Below are positions 19,060 to 28,063 of a DNA stretch of 64,000 bases, in pieces. Under the pieces are notes generated by a model. That model made no database searches. It was not told the origin of the DNA and saw only the letters and a program-made list of their open reading frames with translations. Each line of letters begins with the position of its first letter. Position 1 is the first letter of the stretch. Origin of the DNA: Patescibacteria group bacterium. Lineage in GTDB: Bacteria; Patescibacteriota; Microgenomatia; 2-02-FULL-39-11. The DNA is taken from the NCBI GenBank assembly GCA_023379265.1, contig JAMCUI010000010.1, positions 200 to 64,199 on the forward strand, given 5' to 3'. Made by a program: the position numbers and the translations under genes.

Positions 19060-19827
19060 ATGAAAATAGATTCAGGTATTAATAATATAGTTATTAAATT
19101 AGATCAAGTTTCGAAAGAATATATTCTACATCATCAAAAACCTACTTTAGTGGAAAATATTTTTAAATTGGGTCATAGTGAATCAATTTTGGCACTGAAA
19201 AATATTAATCTTGAAATTAAGAGAGGTGAAAAAATAGGAATAATCGGTGATAACGGTTCAGGAAAAACTACACTTCTTAAAATAATCTCCGGAATTACTA
19301 CTCCAACAAAAGGCCGAGTTGTTGTGAAAGGGAGAATTGCAACATTGGTAGATTTGGAAGCAGGTTTTCACCCTGATTTAACCGGTGAAGAAAATATTTT
19401 CATAAACGGGATGTTACTTGGAATGAGTAAAAAAGAAATTAATAATCAATTTTATAAGATTATTGAATATTCAGGTTTGAGTAAATTTATAGACGCACCT
19501 TTTTATACTTATTCAAGTGGTATGAGATTACGTTTGGGTTTTGCTATTGCTATTCATTCAAATCCAGATATTCTTTTACTTGATGAAGTTTTAGCAGTTG
19601 GAGATGGAGAATTTCAAGAGAAGACTTATACAACTATTCAAAATTTAATAAATGAAAAAAAGACAATTATATACATCTCACACATTTTACCGGTTATAAC
19701 TAAACTTTGTCAAAAAGTTATTTGGATAAATAAAGGCACAATTCAAGATATTGGCAGAAGCGACAAAATGGTTAAGAACTATCAAGTTGGATTGAATATA
19801 CTGACAAAAAGTATTTTGATCGGATAA
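19060..19827 (+). CDS. wzt: Polysaccharide ABC exporter ATPase (no C-terminal carbohydrate-binding domain)
   Basis: GDNGSGKTT, YSSGMRLRLGFA, LLDEVLAVGD. Confidence 0.95.
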   Translation: MKIDSGINNIVIKLDQVSKEYILHHQKPTLVENIFKLGHSESILALKNINLEIKRGEKIGIIGDNGSGKTTLLKIISGITTPTKGRVVVKGRIATLVDLEAGFHPDLTGEENIFINGMLLGMSKKEINNQFYKIIEYSGLSKFIDAPFYTYSSGMRLRLGFAIAIHSNPDILLLDEVLAVGDGEFQEKTYTTIQNLINEKKTIIYISHILPVITKLCQKVIWINKGTIQDIGRSDKMVKNYQVGLNILTKSILIG

Positions 19828-20033
19828 AAAAGCAAGATAATCTTGAAATTCGTAATTAATTTCCCGGAAAAATCAACTAAAGATATATTAAAAAAAATTT
19901 TGGCTTGACCTCCTTAAATTATTGAATTTATGCAATAAATTTATTTTTTTAGGTTTAATGGTATAAATATGTTGGTATAAACGATGGTTTATTTCCTTGT
20001 AATCCACTAATACCTCTGTTAAATTCTCATCAT

Positions 20034-20644
20034 ATGAAAACATTAGCCAAAAACATGCGATTCTGCCTATCCTGTAGTGGAAAAATGATTAAGTGGGGGA
20101 AAACCTCAGCAGGCATTCCCAGATACTATTGTTCCCACGTCGTAAATCTTCCTCCTCAACCAAAGAGTATTGTTTAATGCTCTATAGGCACCCGCATAGG
20201 AGACTTCTTATCCGCGCTTCTTTTATTGCCAGAGAGAGTGGATCGGTAATTGTCAAAGAATTGAAAATCCTCAAGAAGAAATACCGGTTTACCGGTGTGG
20301 TTTCAGATGGAGGAATAGGTATCGGTAATGCAATCTTGGATGAATTTGGCAATATTCCTCCCCAGATTTGCCTGGTTCACCTTCACAGGGATGTGGTCAA
20401 CGCTATAGGTAGATTCCCCAAGGATGAGAAAGTCAAGCAACTTAAAAAGATAGCAGACTACGTCTGACTGATTGAATCTAAAGAAGCTCTAAACTGGTGG
20501 AAAGGTAAACTGAGGACTGGATTGACCGAAACTGGGATTTCTTAAGGGAAACCAAACATCAGAAAAACGGTGGTTGGTATTATGTCCACAAGGGGTCAGA
20601 AAAGCTGTTAGAATTCTTACTTCCATTCCTGATACAAGCTTTAA
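20034..20644 (+). pseudogene. Frameshifted, internally deleted transposase remnant (Zn-ribbon N-terminus, IS256/Mutator-like DDE core)
   Basis: Fragment MRFCLSCSGKMIKWGKTSAGIPRYYC in one frame. Fragment VVSDGGIGI...QICLVHLHRDV in another frame. Stop codons follow. Confidence 0.75.
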
Positions 20645-20653
20645 TCCTTCGCA

Positions 20654-20686
20654 GAAATCTCCGGGCTTTAGCCAGGGGAGCTTCAC
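20654..20686 (+). mobile_element. IS200/IS605-like right-end remnant
   Basis: gaaatctccgggctttagccaggggagcttcac matches the pattern of IS605-type subterminal hairpins ending TCAC/TCAA. Confidence 0.5.
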
Positions 20687-21654
20687 TTCATGCCGATTGA
20701 ATTTTTAATTATCTGTCTTAATTTATTGTTAGGGATAAATATTTTTGTGATCTTTCTTAAGCGGTGTAATCTTGATGTATTAAGATAGTTTGTTTTATCC
20801 TGTATTCCTGCGTTTTTAAATGATTTTTGACGTATATAACATATTAAGCAGCGTCCACAATGTTGATCAGATTTCGCCCGACAGCTACTGCGAGTTTTTT
20901 CAAGAGGAATATTATGTTTTGTTGCCCATTTAATAAAATAATCCTTATCGTAAAAAAATCCAATCTCTTTTTCTAAAGGTAAAGAGGTAATTTGCCAGTT
21001 CATGTCATGCGTGACTAAGCATACTCCTAACATTATTCCTCTCATTGTTGTTAAAGTCATATCTAGTTTTCCCTCTCCATCACTTTTCATATAAGCAGTA
21101 AAAATAGTTCTGATTTTAAAATTTTTGATAATTTGTAAAAAATAGGCACATTGGGCTCCAAAAGTAACCAGTAAATTGCTATAAAAATAATCCCCCCAAA
21201 GTTGATTGGAATTCTTATTGATGGGTTTATTTTCTACTTTTTCATAGGCCCAACGAATTTCAGTCGGGGGAAAAGATGTATTAATTTTAATTAGGTCATG
21301 AAATTGGCCTGGATAACGATTCTGGAAAAACTTAGTAAAATAATCTGCTGCTTTTTCTTCCGCATGCTGGTAAGGGTGACCGCGACGAGTAAAAACGGGA
21401 TAAATTTCTAATTTATATATTTCCATTAAAATGGCGGCAACGATGGATGTATCCAACCCTCCAGAGAAAAGTAAAATAACTTGTTCACCTTGATTTGGCA
21501 TTTTAAAAATATACCCACGTTCTTTTCTGAAAAAATCCTCCACATATGAAATTAGTTTCATATTTTCCAGCTTTCTTGATTTTAAGATAGTAATAATTAA
21601 TTTTTTATTTAATCTGGGTAAATCATTCATTGTTTTCAAATATTTAATTAACAA
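20683..21654 (-). CDS. QueC-like PP-loop ATP pyrophosphatase
   Basis: LFSGGLDT; C-terminal TRSSC...HCGRCLIC..R...F..AG..D.T.Y. It sits in a glycan locus, so orthology to queC is not assumed. Confidence 0.82.
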   Translation of the reverse strand: MLIKYLKTMNDLPRLNKKLIITILKSRKLENMKLISYVEDFFRKERGYIFKMPNQGEQVILLFSGGLDTSIVAAILMEIYKLEIYPVFTRRGHPYQHAEEKAADYFTKFFQNRYPGQFHDLIKINTSFPPTEIRWAYEKVENKPINKNSNQLWGDYFYSNLLVTFGAQCAYFLQIIKNFKIRTIFTAYMKSDGEGKLDMTLTTMRGIMLGVCLVTHDMNWQITSLPLEKEIGFFYDKDYFIKWATKHNIPLEKTRSSCRAKSDQHCGRCLICYIRQKSFKNAGIQDKTNYLNTSRLHRLRKITKIFIPNNKLRQIIKNSIGMK

Positions 21655-23101
21655 CAGTTTTTAAAAAATTCAATACACCTTGGTCAAAGTGAAATATTTT
21701 TTGGCAGAATACATAAAAATTATTACTTGGTGGCTTCGATAATAAATATAATAATAGTCGTCGATGAATACCCTTTATTCCAGAACCCTTGTTCCTGCTC
21801 AATTCTACAAGTTGCATAAAGTTTCGATAATAATATAATATGTCTTTCCTCGGAAACTCCGGAATATTTAGAATCGTGTCAAATCTCTCTCTGAAGTTTT
21901 TCCTTTGTTTTCCAATAATTTTTCTTTTCTTGCAAATCTGCCATAGTTTTGTTTTTGGATAAGGATAAAAAATATTTAGAAAATGTTGGTTTGGATTAAT
22001 ATGGGCAAACAATTTTACCGTTTGTAAAAAAATTTCTGGTGTTTCGTCAGGAAATCCCATCATGATGAATGCTAATGTTTGGAGATTAAATTTCTTAGCT
22101 AATCTAAAGGCATTTATAATTGATTCATTGCTCATTCTACGGTCTAAGAGATGTTTTCTTAGATATTCATCACCGCATTCAACTCCTATAAATACTGCTC
22201 GACAGCCAGCATTTTTAAGTTTTGACATTATTATTCCGTCAACCGTGTCTGCCCTAATATTGCAAATAAAAGGTAAATTTATTTTCTGATAGTATTCTAG
22301 AAAGGTGTTCAACCATATTCTGTTTAGAGTAAAAGTATCATCATGGAAAAGAAGGAAATCAGCGCCATATTTTTTCACGGCTAACTCAATCTCTTTTATA
22401 GCCCTTTTAGGGCTCTTAAATCTTACATAAAGAGAATTATTGAAATTATTGTAAAATTTTTTTAAAGCATGATTGGAACAATAAGTACAATTAAAAGGAC
22501 ATCCACGAGAAAGAATAAACTCTAGCCCTTTTTCCTCATTGAGTCCATATGGAAGACTGTTTAACCATAAATGGCCGTTTCTCACGAATAAATCTCTATC
22601 CGGAAACGGTAAACTGTCTAAGTTTTTGATTATTTCTCTATTTGAATTCTTAATAATTTTTCTACCTTTTCTTAGCCAAAGACCTTTTATGGAATAATAA
22701 TTTTTCCCCTTTTGTAGTTTATCCGCCAATTCAGCTAATGCATATTCTCCCTCGCCTAAACAAATTGCATCTAGAGAGTAAGCGTGAGAGAATTCTTCAG
22801 GAGCTAACGTTGTATGTACTCCGCCGCAAATAGTAAAAATATGAGGGAATTTTTTTTTAATTAACCGGGAGATTTTTTTTATTTCATGAAAAATTGCAGT
22901 TACTGCTGAAAATGCAATGATATCAGGATGAAACTTAAGAATTTCCGTTTCTATCTGTGAGTAACTCTCAGTATTAAAATAATAGATTAAACAGGTTTGA
23001 TGACCTCTCTTTTTTAATACGGCTGATATAGATGCTATACCCTCTAAATATGACAACGAACCTTGCCCTCTAATGAAACCATGTATAAAAAGTACCTTCA
23101 T
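21644..23101 (-). CDS. B12-binding radical SAM protein
   Basis: N-terminal cobalamin-binding domain (GGVHTT, GEGE); SRGCPFNCTYC; FHDDTF. Confidence 0.92.
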   Translation of the reverse strand: MKVLFIHGFIRGQGSLSYLEGIASISAVLKKRGHQTCLIYYFNTESYSQIETEILKFHPDIIAFSAVTAIFHEIKKISRLIKKKFPHIFTICGGVHTTLAPEEFSHAYSLDAICLGEGEYALAELADKLQKGKNYYSIKGLWLRKGRKIIKNSNREIIKNLDSLPFPDRDLFVRNGHLWLNSLPYGLNEEKGLEFILSRGCPFNCTYCSNHALKKFYNNFNNSLYVRFKSPKRAIKEIELAVKKYGADFLLFHDDTFTLNRIWLNTFLEYYQKINLPFICNIRADTVDGIIMSKLKNAGCRAVFIGVECGDEYLRKHLLDRRMSNESIINAFRLAKKFNLQTLAFIMMGFPDETPEIFLQTVKLFAHINPNQHFLNIFYPYPKTKLWQICKKRKIIGKQRKNFRERFDTILNIPEFPRKDILYYYRNFMQLVELSRNKGSGIKGIHRRLLLYLLSKPPSNNFYVFCQKIFHFDQGVLNFLKTVVN

Positions 23102-23111
23102 AAATTTTAAG

Positions 23112-24353
23112 TTAATGATTAAGAAAATGAATTTTTGCTCGAAGAATATTTTTCTTTCCAGAGTTAAATAATATATTTTCTGATTTAAAATTTAATCCGT
23201 AGACTTCAGATAACCATTTGAATTTATAAGATTTGTTTTCAACGACGATTGCGCAGGTCAAACTATTATCATTAGTTATTATTTGCAGGTTTTGGTTATT
23301 TTTAATCTTATTAATAAATTGATATTTATATTTCAAATTTTCGTATATTTTTCTTTTAAATCCATTTTTCCCCCATAGATTGATAATTGCCCAACATGCG
23401 ACTGGTGCAATACCACTTCTACTACCTAAGAGTGTGTTATCTTTTTCTTCCAAATAGGTAATAGGTTTTTCTATTAACTGTCTCAGCTCTTTTCTGTATA
23501 GAATTATTCCTGCAGGTAGTGGGGTAAAACCGAATTTATGAAAGTCCGTTAAAAAAGTTTGTATTTCACAAAAAGAAAATGGCTTAAATTCATTATTTAA
23601 AAAAGGTTCTATAAGTCCATTAAGTGCAGCATCAAACCAGATAAAAAATTCAACCCTGTGTTTCTTTTTTATTTTTTCTATCGACCGGCTGATTTTTTTA
23701 ATTGGATCATTTGTTCCTGTAACTGTATAACCCAGAGTAAGAGGGACCAGAAAACCCTTTTTGCCTTTTTTTATTGAGTTTTCTACTTCTTTCTCAAAAC
23801 CCCAAGCGTCCATATTCCAGGTTTTATCATTAAGCGGCACAATAAAAGTTGGTACACCAACAATATCGGCTGCTTTCTCAATTGAATAATGGGTTAGACT
23901 TGTTTTTATAAGACATATTTTGTCTCTTTCTATTCCTCTCTTTTCTATATATTTAATTCCTAGCCAAGCTGAAAAAATGTTAGCTTCCGTTCCACCAGTT
24001 GTAACGTAACCCTCAAGTTCATTTTTATTCCCATGGTAGAGATCAATCATCTGTAAAATTAAGTCTCTTTCGACTTTGGCAGTTTCGTGATTGGGCTCCA
24101 AATTTTTTATTGACCAATTGCCTAAATTGTTGGGATTATATGGCAGTAGCATTTTCCAGGCGTTAGCAGCTACTTTCTCAGGATAAGTTACGAGATGACC
24201 ATATCCTGTGTACTTTTTCTGGTTTTTCACTTTATTTAATATACCCCATAGTCCAGCTTTAATCTTAATTTTTGATACTGGTCTGTCTGGAAATTTATTA
24301 TTCCTTTTTGGATATAGAATATTATTTTTAATATAGGTTTTAATAGCGAACAT
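23112..24353 (-). CDS. Group II PLP-dependent decarboxylase (MfnA/His/Tyr decarboxylase-like)
   Basis: GYVTTGGTEAN, HYSIEKA, DAA, DFHKFG (PLP lysine), TLLGSRSG. Confidence 0.88.
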   Translation of the reverse strand: MFAIKTYIKNNILYPKRNNKFPDRPVSKIKIKAGLWGILNKVKNQKKYTGYGHLVTYPEKVAANAWKMLLPYNPNNLGNWSIKNLEPNHETAKVERDLILQMIDLYHGNKNELEGYVTTGGTEANIFSAWLGIKYIEKRGIERDKICLIKTSLTHYSIEKAADIVGVPTFIVPLNDKTWNMDAWGFEKEVENSIKKGKKGFLVPLTLGYTVTGTNDPIKKISRSIEKIKKKHRVEFFIWFDAALNGLIEPFLNNEFKPFSFCEIQTFLTDFHKFGFTPLPAGIILYRKELRQLIEKPITYLEEKDNTLLGSRSGIAPVACWAIINLWGKNGFKRKIYENLKYKYQFINKIKNNQNLQIITNDNSLTCAIVVENKSYKFKWLSEVYGLNFKSENILFNSGKKNILRAKIHFLNH

Positions 24354-24358
24354 AAAAT

Positions 24359-25090
24359 TTACTTTTGAATTATACCCAATCCTGAATCTTTAGGAAAAGG
24401 GAAAATAAAAGTGTGTTTATACTCAATTTCTCTCCAAAATCTCCAAATGCCGAAAAGCCCTTTATCCAGATACCCGCGAGCTACAACGTCATGGAAAGCC
24501 ATAAACCCACCTTTATCCAGTCTTGGCCAGAATAAACTGTAATCCCTTTTTACCCCCTCATATGAATGGTCTCCGTCTATATATATGTATTGGTATTTAT
24601 GTTTATATCTTTTAGCAAATTCTGATGTTGTCATTACGTGTGTGGTTAAATTTTTTTTTACGTCAAGAAAAGAAAAATGCTTATTCGGGTTCACTTCTTT
24701 CCACCAGCCGATACCGCTCCAATTGTTTGGGTCATCCGGTCCAAATCCCGCGTCGACAAAATCAACATCACCAAAACCGTTTTCCTGGCAGGCTAAAGCG
24801 CAAATGGCTGGAATAAAACCTTTTCTTGATCCCACACAAAGTACTCTTTTGGGTTTTAAGTTTAATATTAATGAGTAGTGAATAAATCCATAGCCTAAGT
24901 TGCCAGTGGTAAGATTTGTCTGGTGTCCCTTGTCACCGTTATAATATTTGGCTAGTTGTCTGGTGACAGATCGGTTAAATATGATGGACCTGTTTTGACC
25001 GAAGAGGTTTTTGCTAACAGAGTTTGTGGAAAGAAAGAATCCTACTTTGTCTCTAAGGTGCGAATTAATATTTAGACCGAAGAGTTTCAT
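24359..25090 (-). CDS. Class I SAM-dependent methyltransferase (Methyltransf_24-like)
   Basis: VGSRKG, IYIDGDHSYEGVKRD, GGFMAFHD. Confidence 0.88.
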   Translation of the reverse strand: MKLFGLNINSHLRDKVGFFLSTNSVSKNLFGQNRSIIFNRSVTRQLAKYYNGDKGHQTNLTTGNLGYGFIHYSLILNLKPKRVLCVGSRKGFIPAICALACQENGFGDVDFVDAGFGPDDPNNWSGIGWWKEVNPNKHFSFLDVKKNLTTHVMTTSEFAKRYKHKYQYIYIDGDHSYEGVKRDYSLFWPRLDKGGFMAFHDVVARGYLDKGLFGIWRFWREIEYKHTFIFPFPKDSGLGIIQK

Positions 25091-25097
25091 AATTTCT

Positions 25098-26084
25098 TTA
25101 GCGGAAAAGTTTAACCCAAATTTTCATGGCAGTTCTAAGGTCCTTAAAATAATCATCTTTCGGAAATTTTACTTTTTCTACCAACTCTTCATAACAATCT
25201 ACTAAAGCGGTAGATTTAAGTATCAGATGTGCCAATTGAGAGTTGAGAAATTCATTTGTTTCTATACCTTTGGCCTCTTTTTTTAAGTTCTGGAAAACAT
25301 CTGAAGCTTTTTTGTGATCAACAAATGGAGAACCATTTACTACGGCCATTCCCAAGTGGTCGATGATTTTTTTGGCAAACATCCCGGCCCAGATATCGTC
25401 AAACCTGTCGTATCCCCAATGGTTTCCTAGAGGGTCGTATCCCATAAGCGGAAAGTACATAAGGGGAGTAATTTTTGACTTGAAAGCCAAATTCATCGAA
25501 CACATAGGGAAAAGATAGCCTTTAGGAACAAATTCGATAAAAGGGAAACTGTCAGGTATAGAGAGATCTTGATGCAATAATTGCGTTGGAGCGTCAAAAT
25601 CAAGGATATTTTTCCATAGGCCATGGCTTACGACGACTTCCCTTTTACCTCTTATGGCATAGGGGATACCACGAGTATAGTAATATTGTCTGTGCGGATA
25701 GGTGGGATGCCAGCCGTCGGGTGCAGAAAGTGAAAGGTTTTCCACATGCTCATTTATGAAATTTTGTCCGGTGACAGGGTAACAATCGTCGTCAAGAGTG
25801 ATGACAATATCCGCTTTTAACTGAAAAGCTTTCAGAAATCCAAATGAGCGTATACCGGCGTTTTTCCGGGATATTATCCATGAGTTTTTACCCAATTCAT
25901 TGTCTATATCCTGCCAAGTGTAGTGATAGACTTTCTGAAAATATTTTTTAGGTGTGTTTATCTCTTTTGACTTATGGTCTTCGATGATAAAACCTGCACA
26001 ATTGTAAAAGTGGTTTTTCCAATATTTGAGGAAATCCAGGTTTCTGATTGTGGGAATGACAATGGCTATTTTTTTCTGTCGCAT
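25098..26084 (-). CDS. Reversibly glycosylated polypeptide / UDP-arabinopyranose mutase (GT75)-like protein
   Basis: IPTIR, TLDDDC, HGLW...DFDAPTQL, PMCSMNLAF, P.MYFPLMG and RFDDIWAG match plant RGP motifs. Confidence 0.85.
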   Translation of the reverse strand: MRQKKIAIVIPTIRNLDFLKYWKNHFYNCAGFIIEDHKSKEINTPKKYFQKVYHYTWQDIDNELGKNSWIISRKNAGIRSFGFLKAFQLKADIVITLDDDCYPVTGQNFINEHVENLSLSAPDGWHPTYPHRQYYYTRGIPYAIRGKREVVVSHGLWKNILDFDAPTQLLHQDLSIPDSFPFIEFVPKGYLFPMCSMNLAFKSKITPLMYFPLMGYDPLGNHWGYDRFDDIWAGMFAKKIIDHLGMAVVNGSPFVDHKKASDVFQNLKKEAKGIETNEFLNSQLAHLILKSTALVDCYEELVEKVKFPKDDYFKDLRTAMKIWVKLFR

Positions 26085-26164
26085 AAAATCGCTTCATTAT
26101 AATCAATAAAAATATCAAATACAATTATGGTTGAACGGATGAATATTTATATTCAAATTCTATC

Positions 26165-26192
26165 TTGACAAGAGTGGTAGGTATGTTATTCT
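26165..26192 (+). promoter_or_regulatory. Sigma70 promoter of the surface-protein cluster (leaderless start)
   Basis: TTGACA, 16-nt spacer, TGnTATTCT; ATG 26200 lies 7 nt downstream. Confidence 0.6.
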
Positions 26193-26199
26193 GGATTTA

Positions 26200-26916
26200 A
26201 TGGTAGGGAATCAAAATAAACATTTGGGTGTTGCTCTGGGCTTTTTTGTGGTCATGGGTGTACTATTGGGTATAGCTGTAATCGGCGCTGAAACATACAA
26301 TAATTACCGTTCCAAAGCTTACGCCCCTCCTCCCAATCCCATACCCAATTGTACCAGTCTCACAGGTCCTTCTTCAGTTACCGTAGGTCAAAGCGCCACG
26401 TATACCGCAAGCTTTTCTTCGGAACAGGGGAATCTTGGCGGGGAAATTGATGCTGGACAAGGCGGGGCGTTTAAGTGGACACCTGGGAATAAACCAATTT
26501 CCGGAACTTCCGGATCTTTGTCGTTTACCTGGACTCCTACTGTAGTCGGAACATACGATGTGTTCTGTCGTTCATGGAATGATGCAGTTGCCGAATGCCG
26601 TGGCAAAGCAAATTACGTGGATGGGCCACCAAGATACGCTTGTGCAGGACCAACTAGCTCAATGTCTGTCACTGTTGTGGCGGCAGTGACGCCGACGGTA
26701 ACTCAGGCAGCCTGTAACAATAAGACTAAAGGTGATGCCAATTGTGACGGAACAACCGATCTTATCGATTACTCCATCTGGCTTAACCACCAGTGTAACA
26801 AGCAAGCCGCAGGTACAGCTTGTACTGATCTGCGGGCAGATTTTAATGGAGACGGCAGCGTAGATGATGCAGATTTACAAGTGTGGAAAAATAATTACTT
26901 AAGCGATACGCATTGA
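26200..26916 (+). CDS. Surface protein with Ig-like domain and dockerin-like domain
   Basis: TM helix followed by RSKA; GDANCDGTTDLIDY and ADFNGDGSVDDADL EF-hand-like repeats. Confidence 0.8.
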   Translation: MVGNQNKHLGVALGFFVVMGVLLGIAVIGAETYNNYRSKAYAPPPNPIPNCTSLTGPSSVTVGQSATYTASFSSEQGNLGGEIDAGQGGAFKWTPGNKPISGTSGSLSFTWTPTVVGTYDVFCRSWNDAVAECRGKANYVDGPPRYACAGPTSSMSVTVVAAVTPTVTQAACNNKTKGDANCDGTTDLIDYSIWLNHQCNKQAAGTACTDLRADFNGDGSVDDADLQVWKNNYLSDTH

Positions 26917-26928
26917 TACTCGTGAATA

Positions 26929-27975
26929 ATGAGTCCAAAAATACAACTAACCAAAAACCAGACGTTTTCTCTTGTTTTTCTGGCGGTACTTTTCTTTTCC
27001 TTATTTGTAGGACTTATACTGGTACAACAAAGGCAAGAGATTAGGCCAAAGGCCAGTTCCACATCTGTAGTGCTATCCCTTTTACCGGCCACACAGAATT
27101 TTAATCTAAACGATACCAATACTTTTGACCTGGTTGCGACTTTTACGGGAGGTTCGTCTACGGAAAAAATTGACGGTATTCAAACCGAAGTGGATTTTTC
27201 TTCCCAATATTTAAACATACCGGCAAATCACTATATTATAACAGCTCAATCTGGTCTTTCCGTTCTTAGAGTTGATGGACCTACTATCAGTAATCAAAAT
27301 AATAAAGCCCTCATACGGTTGGTTGCAACAACCCCCGGCAGCGGACCTTCAACAGATAAACCAATCGTTGTCGCGAAGATTGATTTTCAAGGTATTGCGG
27401 CTACCCCAAGACCGCAAATCATATCCCTTGGTACCTCCCAAATAGTAAACAACCTGTCTGTGGCAATACCAGTCACATTGGTAGGCGCAGGATATACGGT
27501 CGGGCAAGGCAATATTACAATAACTCCACCGGGGCCAACCATTCGTCCGGTTATACCAGGTCAGGCTGATTTTCTTTTACAGACAGATTCAAACAGCACC
27601 TCTGTAGGTCAGACTTTTACGGTAAATGTCTCGATGAAACTTACAGATTCAAGCGCAAGAGCATCCGGAGTGGATTTTATACTGCTTTATGATAAGAAAA
27701 TTCTAGATGTGGTAAATACTGTTCCGAATATTACTACAGTTAACTCTCAGGCGCCTTTCACAGATGGCCAAGTTGCATCGGGAGGTTCATTCAACGACCA
27801 ATATAATTTTGTTAGAGTAACTCTATTGTCCAAAAAGCAAACAACAGATCTTCCGTCAGGTACAATCAATCTGGCAAAAGTGACATTTAAGGGCAGCAGT
27901 GTAGGCACCGCTACCATAAAATTCCCTGATGATAATAGTCTGCTACAGGTGTCGGGAATTGCGGTAAGTAATTGA
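26929..27975 (+). CDS. Surface protein with two cohesin-like domains
   Basis: TM helix followed by QEIRPKA; VGQTFTVNV..SGVDFILLYD..L.V..LAKVTFKG...GTATIKF. Confidence 0.78.
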   Translation: MSPKIQLTKNQTFSLVFLAVLFFSLFVGLILVQQRQEIRPKASSTSVVLSLLPATQNFNLNDTNTFDLVATFTGGSSTEKIDGIQTEVDFSSQYLNIPANHYIITAQSGLSVLRVDGPTISNQNNKALIRLVATTPGSGPSTDKPIVVAKIDFQGIAATPRPQIISLGTSQIVNNLSVAIPVTLVGAGYTVGQGNITITPPGPTIRPVIPGQADFLLQTDSNSTSVGQTFTVNVSMKLTDSSARASGVDFILLYDKKILDVVNTVPNITTVNSQAPFTDGQVASGGSFNDQYNFVRVTLLSKKQTTDLPSGTINLAKVTFKGSSVGTATIKFPDDNSLLQVSGIAVSN

Positions 27976-28063
27976 GAATTAAAGTTCAAAGTTTGCGGAA
28001 TATAAAATAAATTTAGCGAGGATAAAAAATCCGACAAATAAAAATTATACTGGTTCAGTCAAG

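Noticed and set aside
20683-21654. Calling this gene queC or a 7-deazaguanine DNA-modification (Dpd) system
   Set aside because: No queD/queE/folE/dpdA nearby; the context is glycan biosynthesis.
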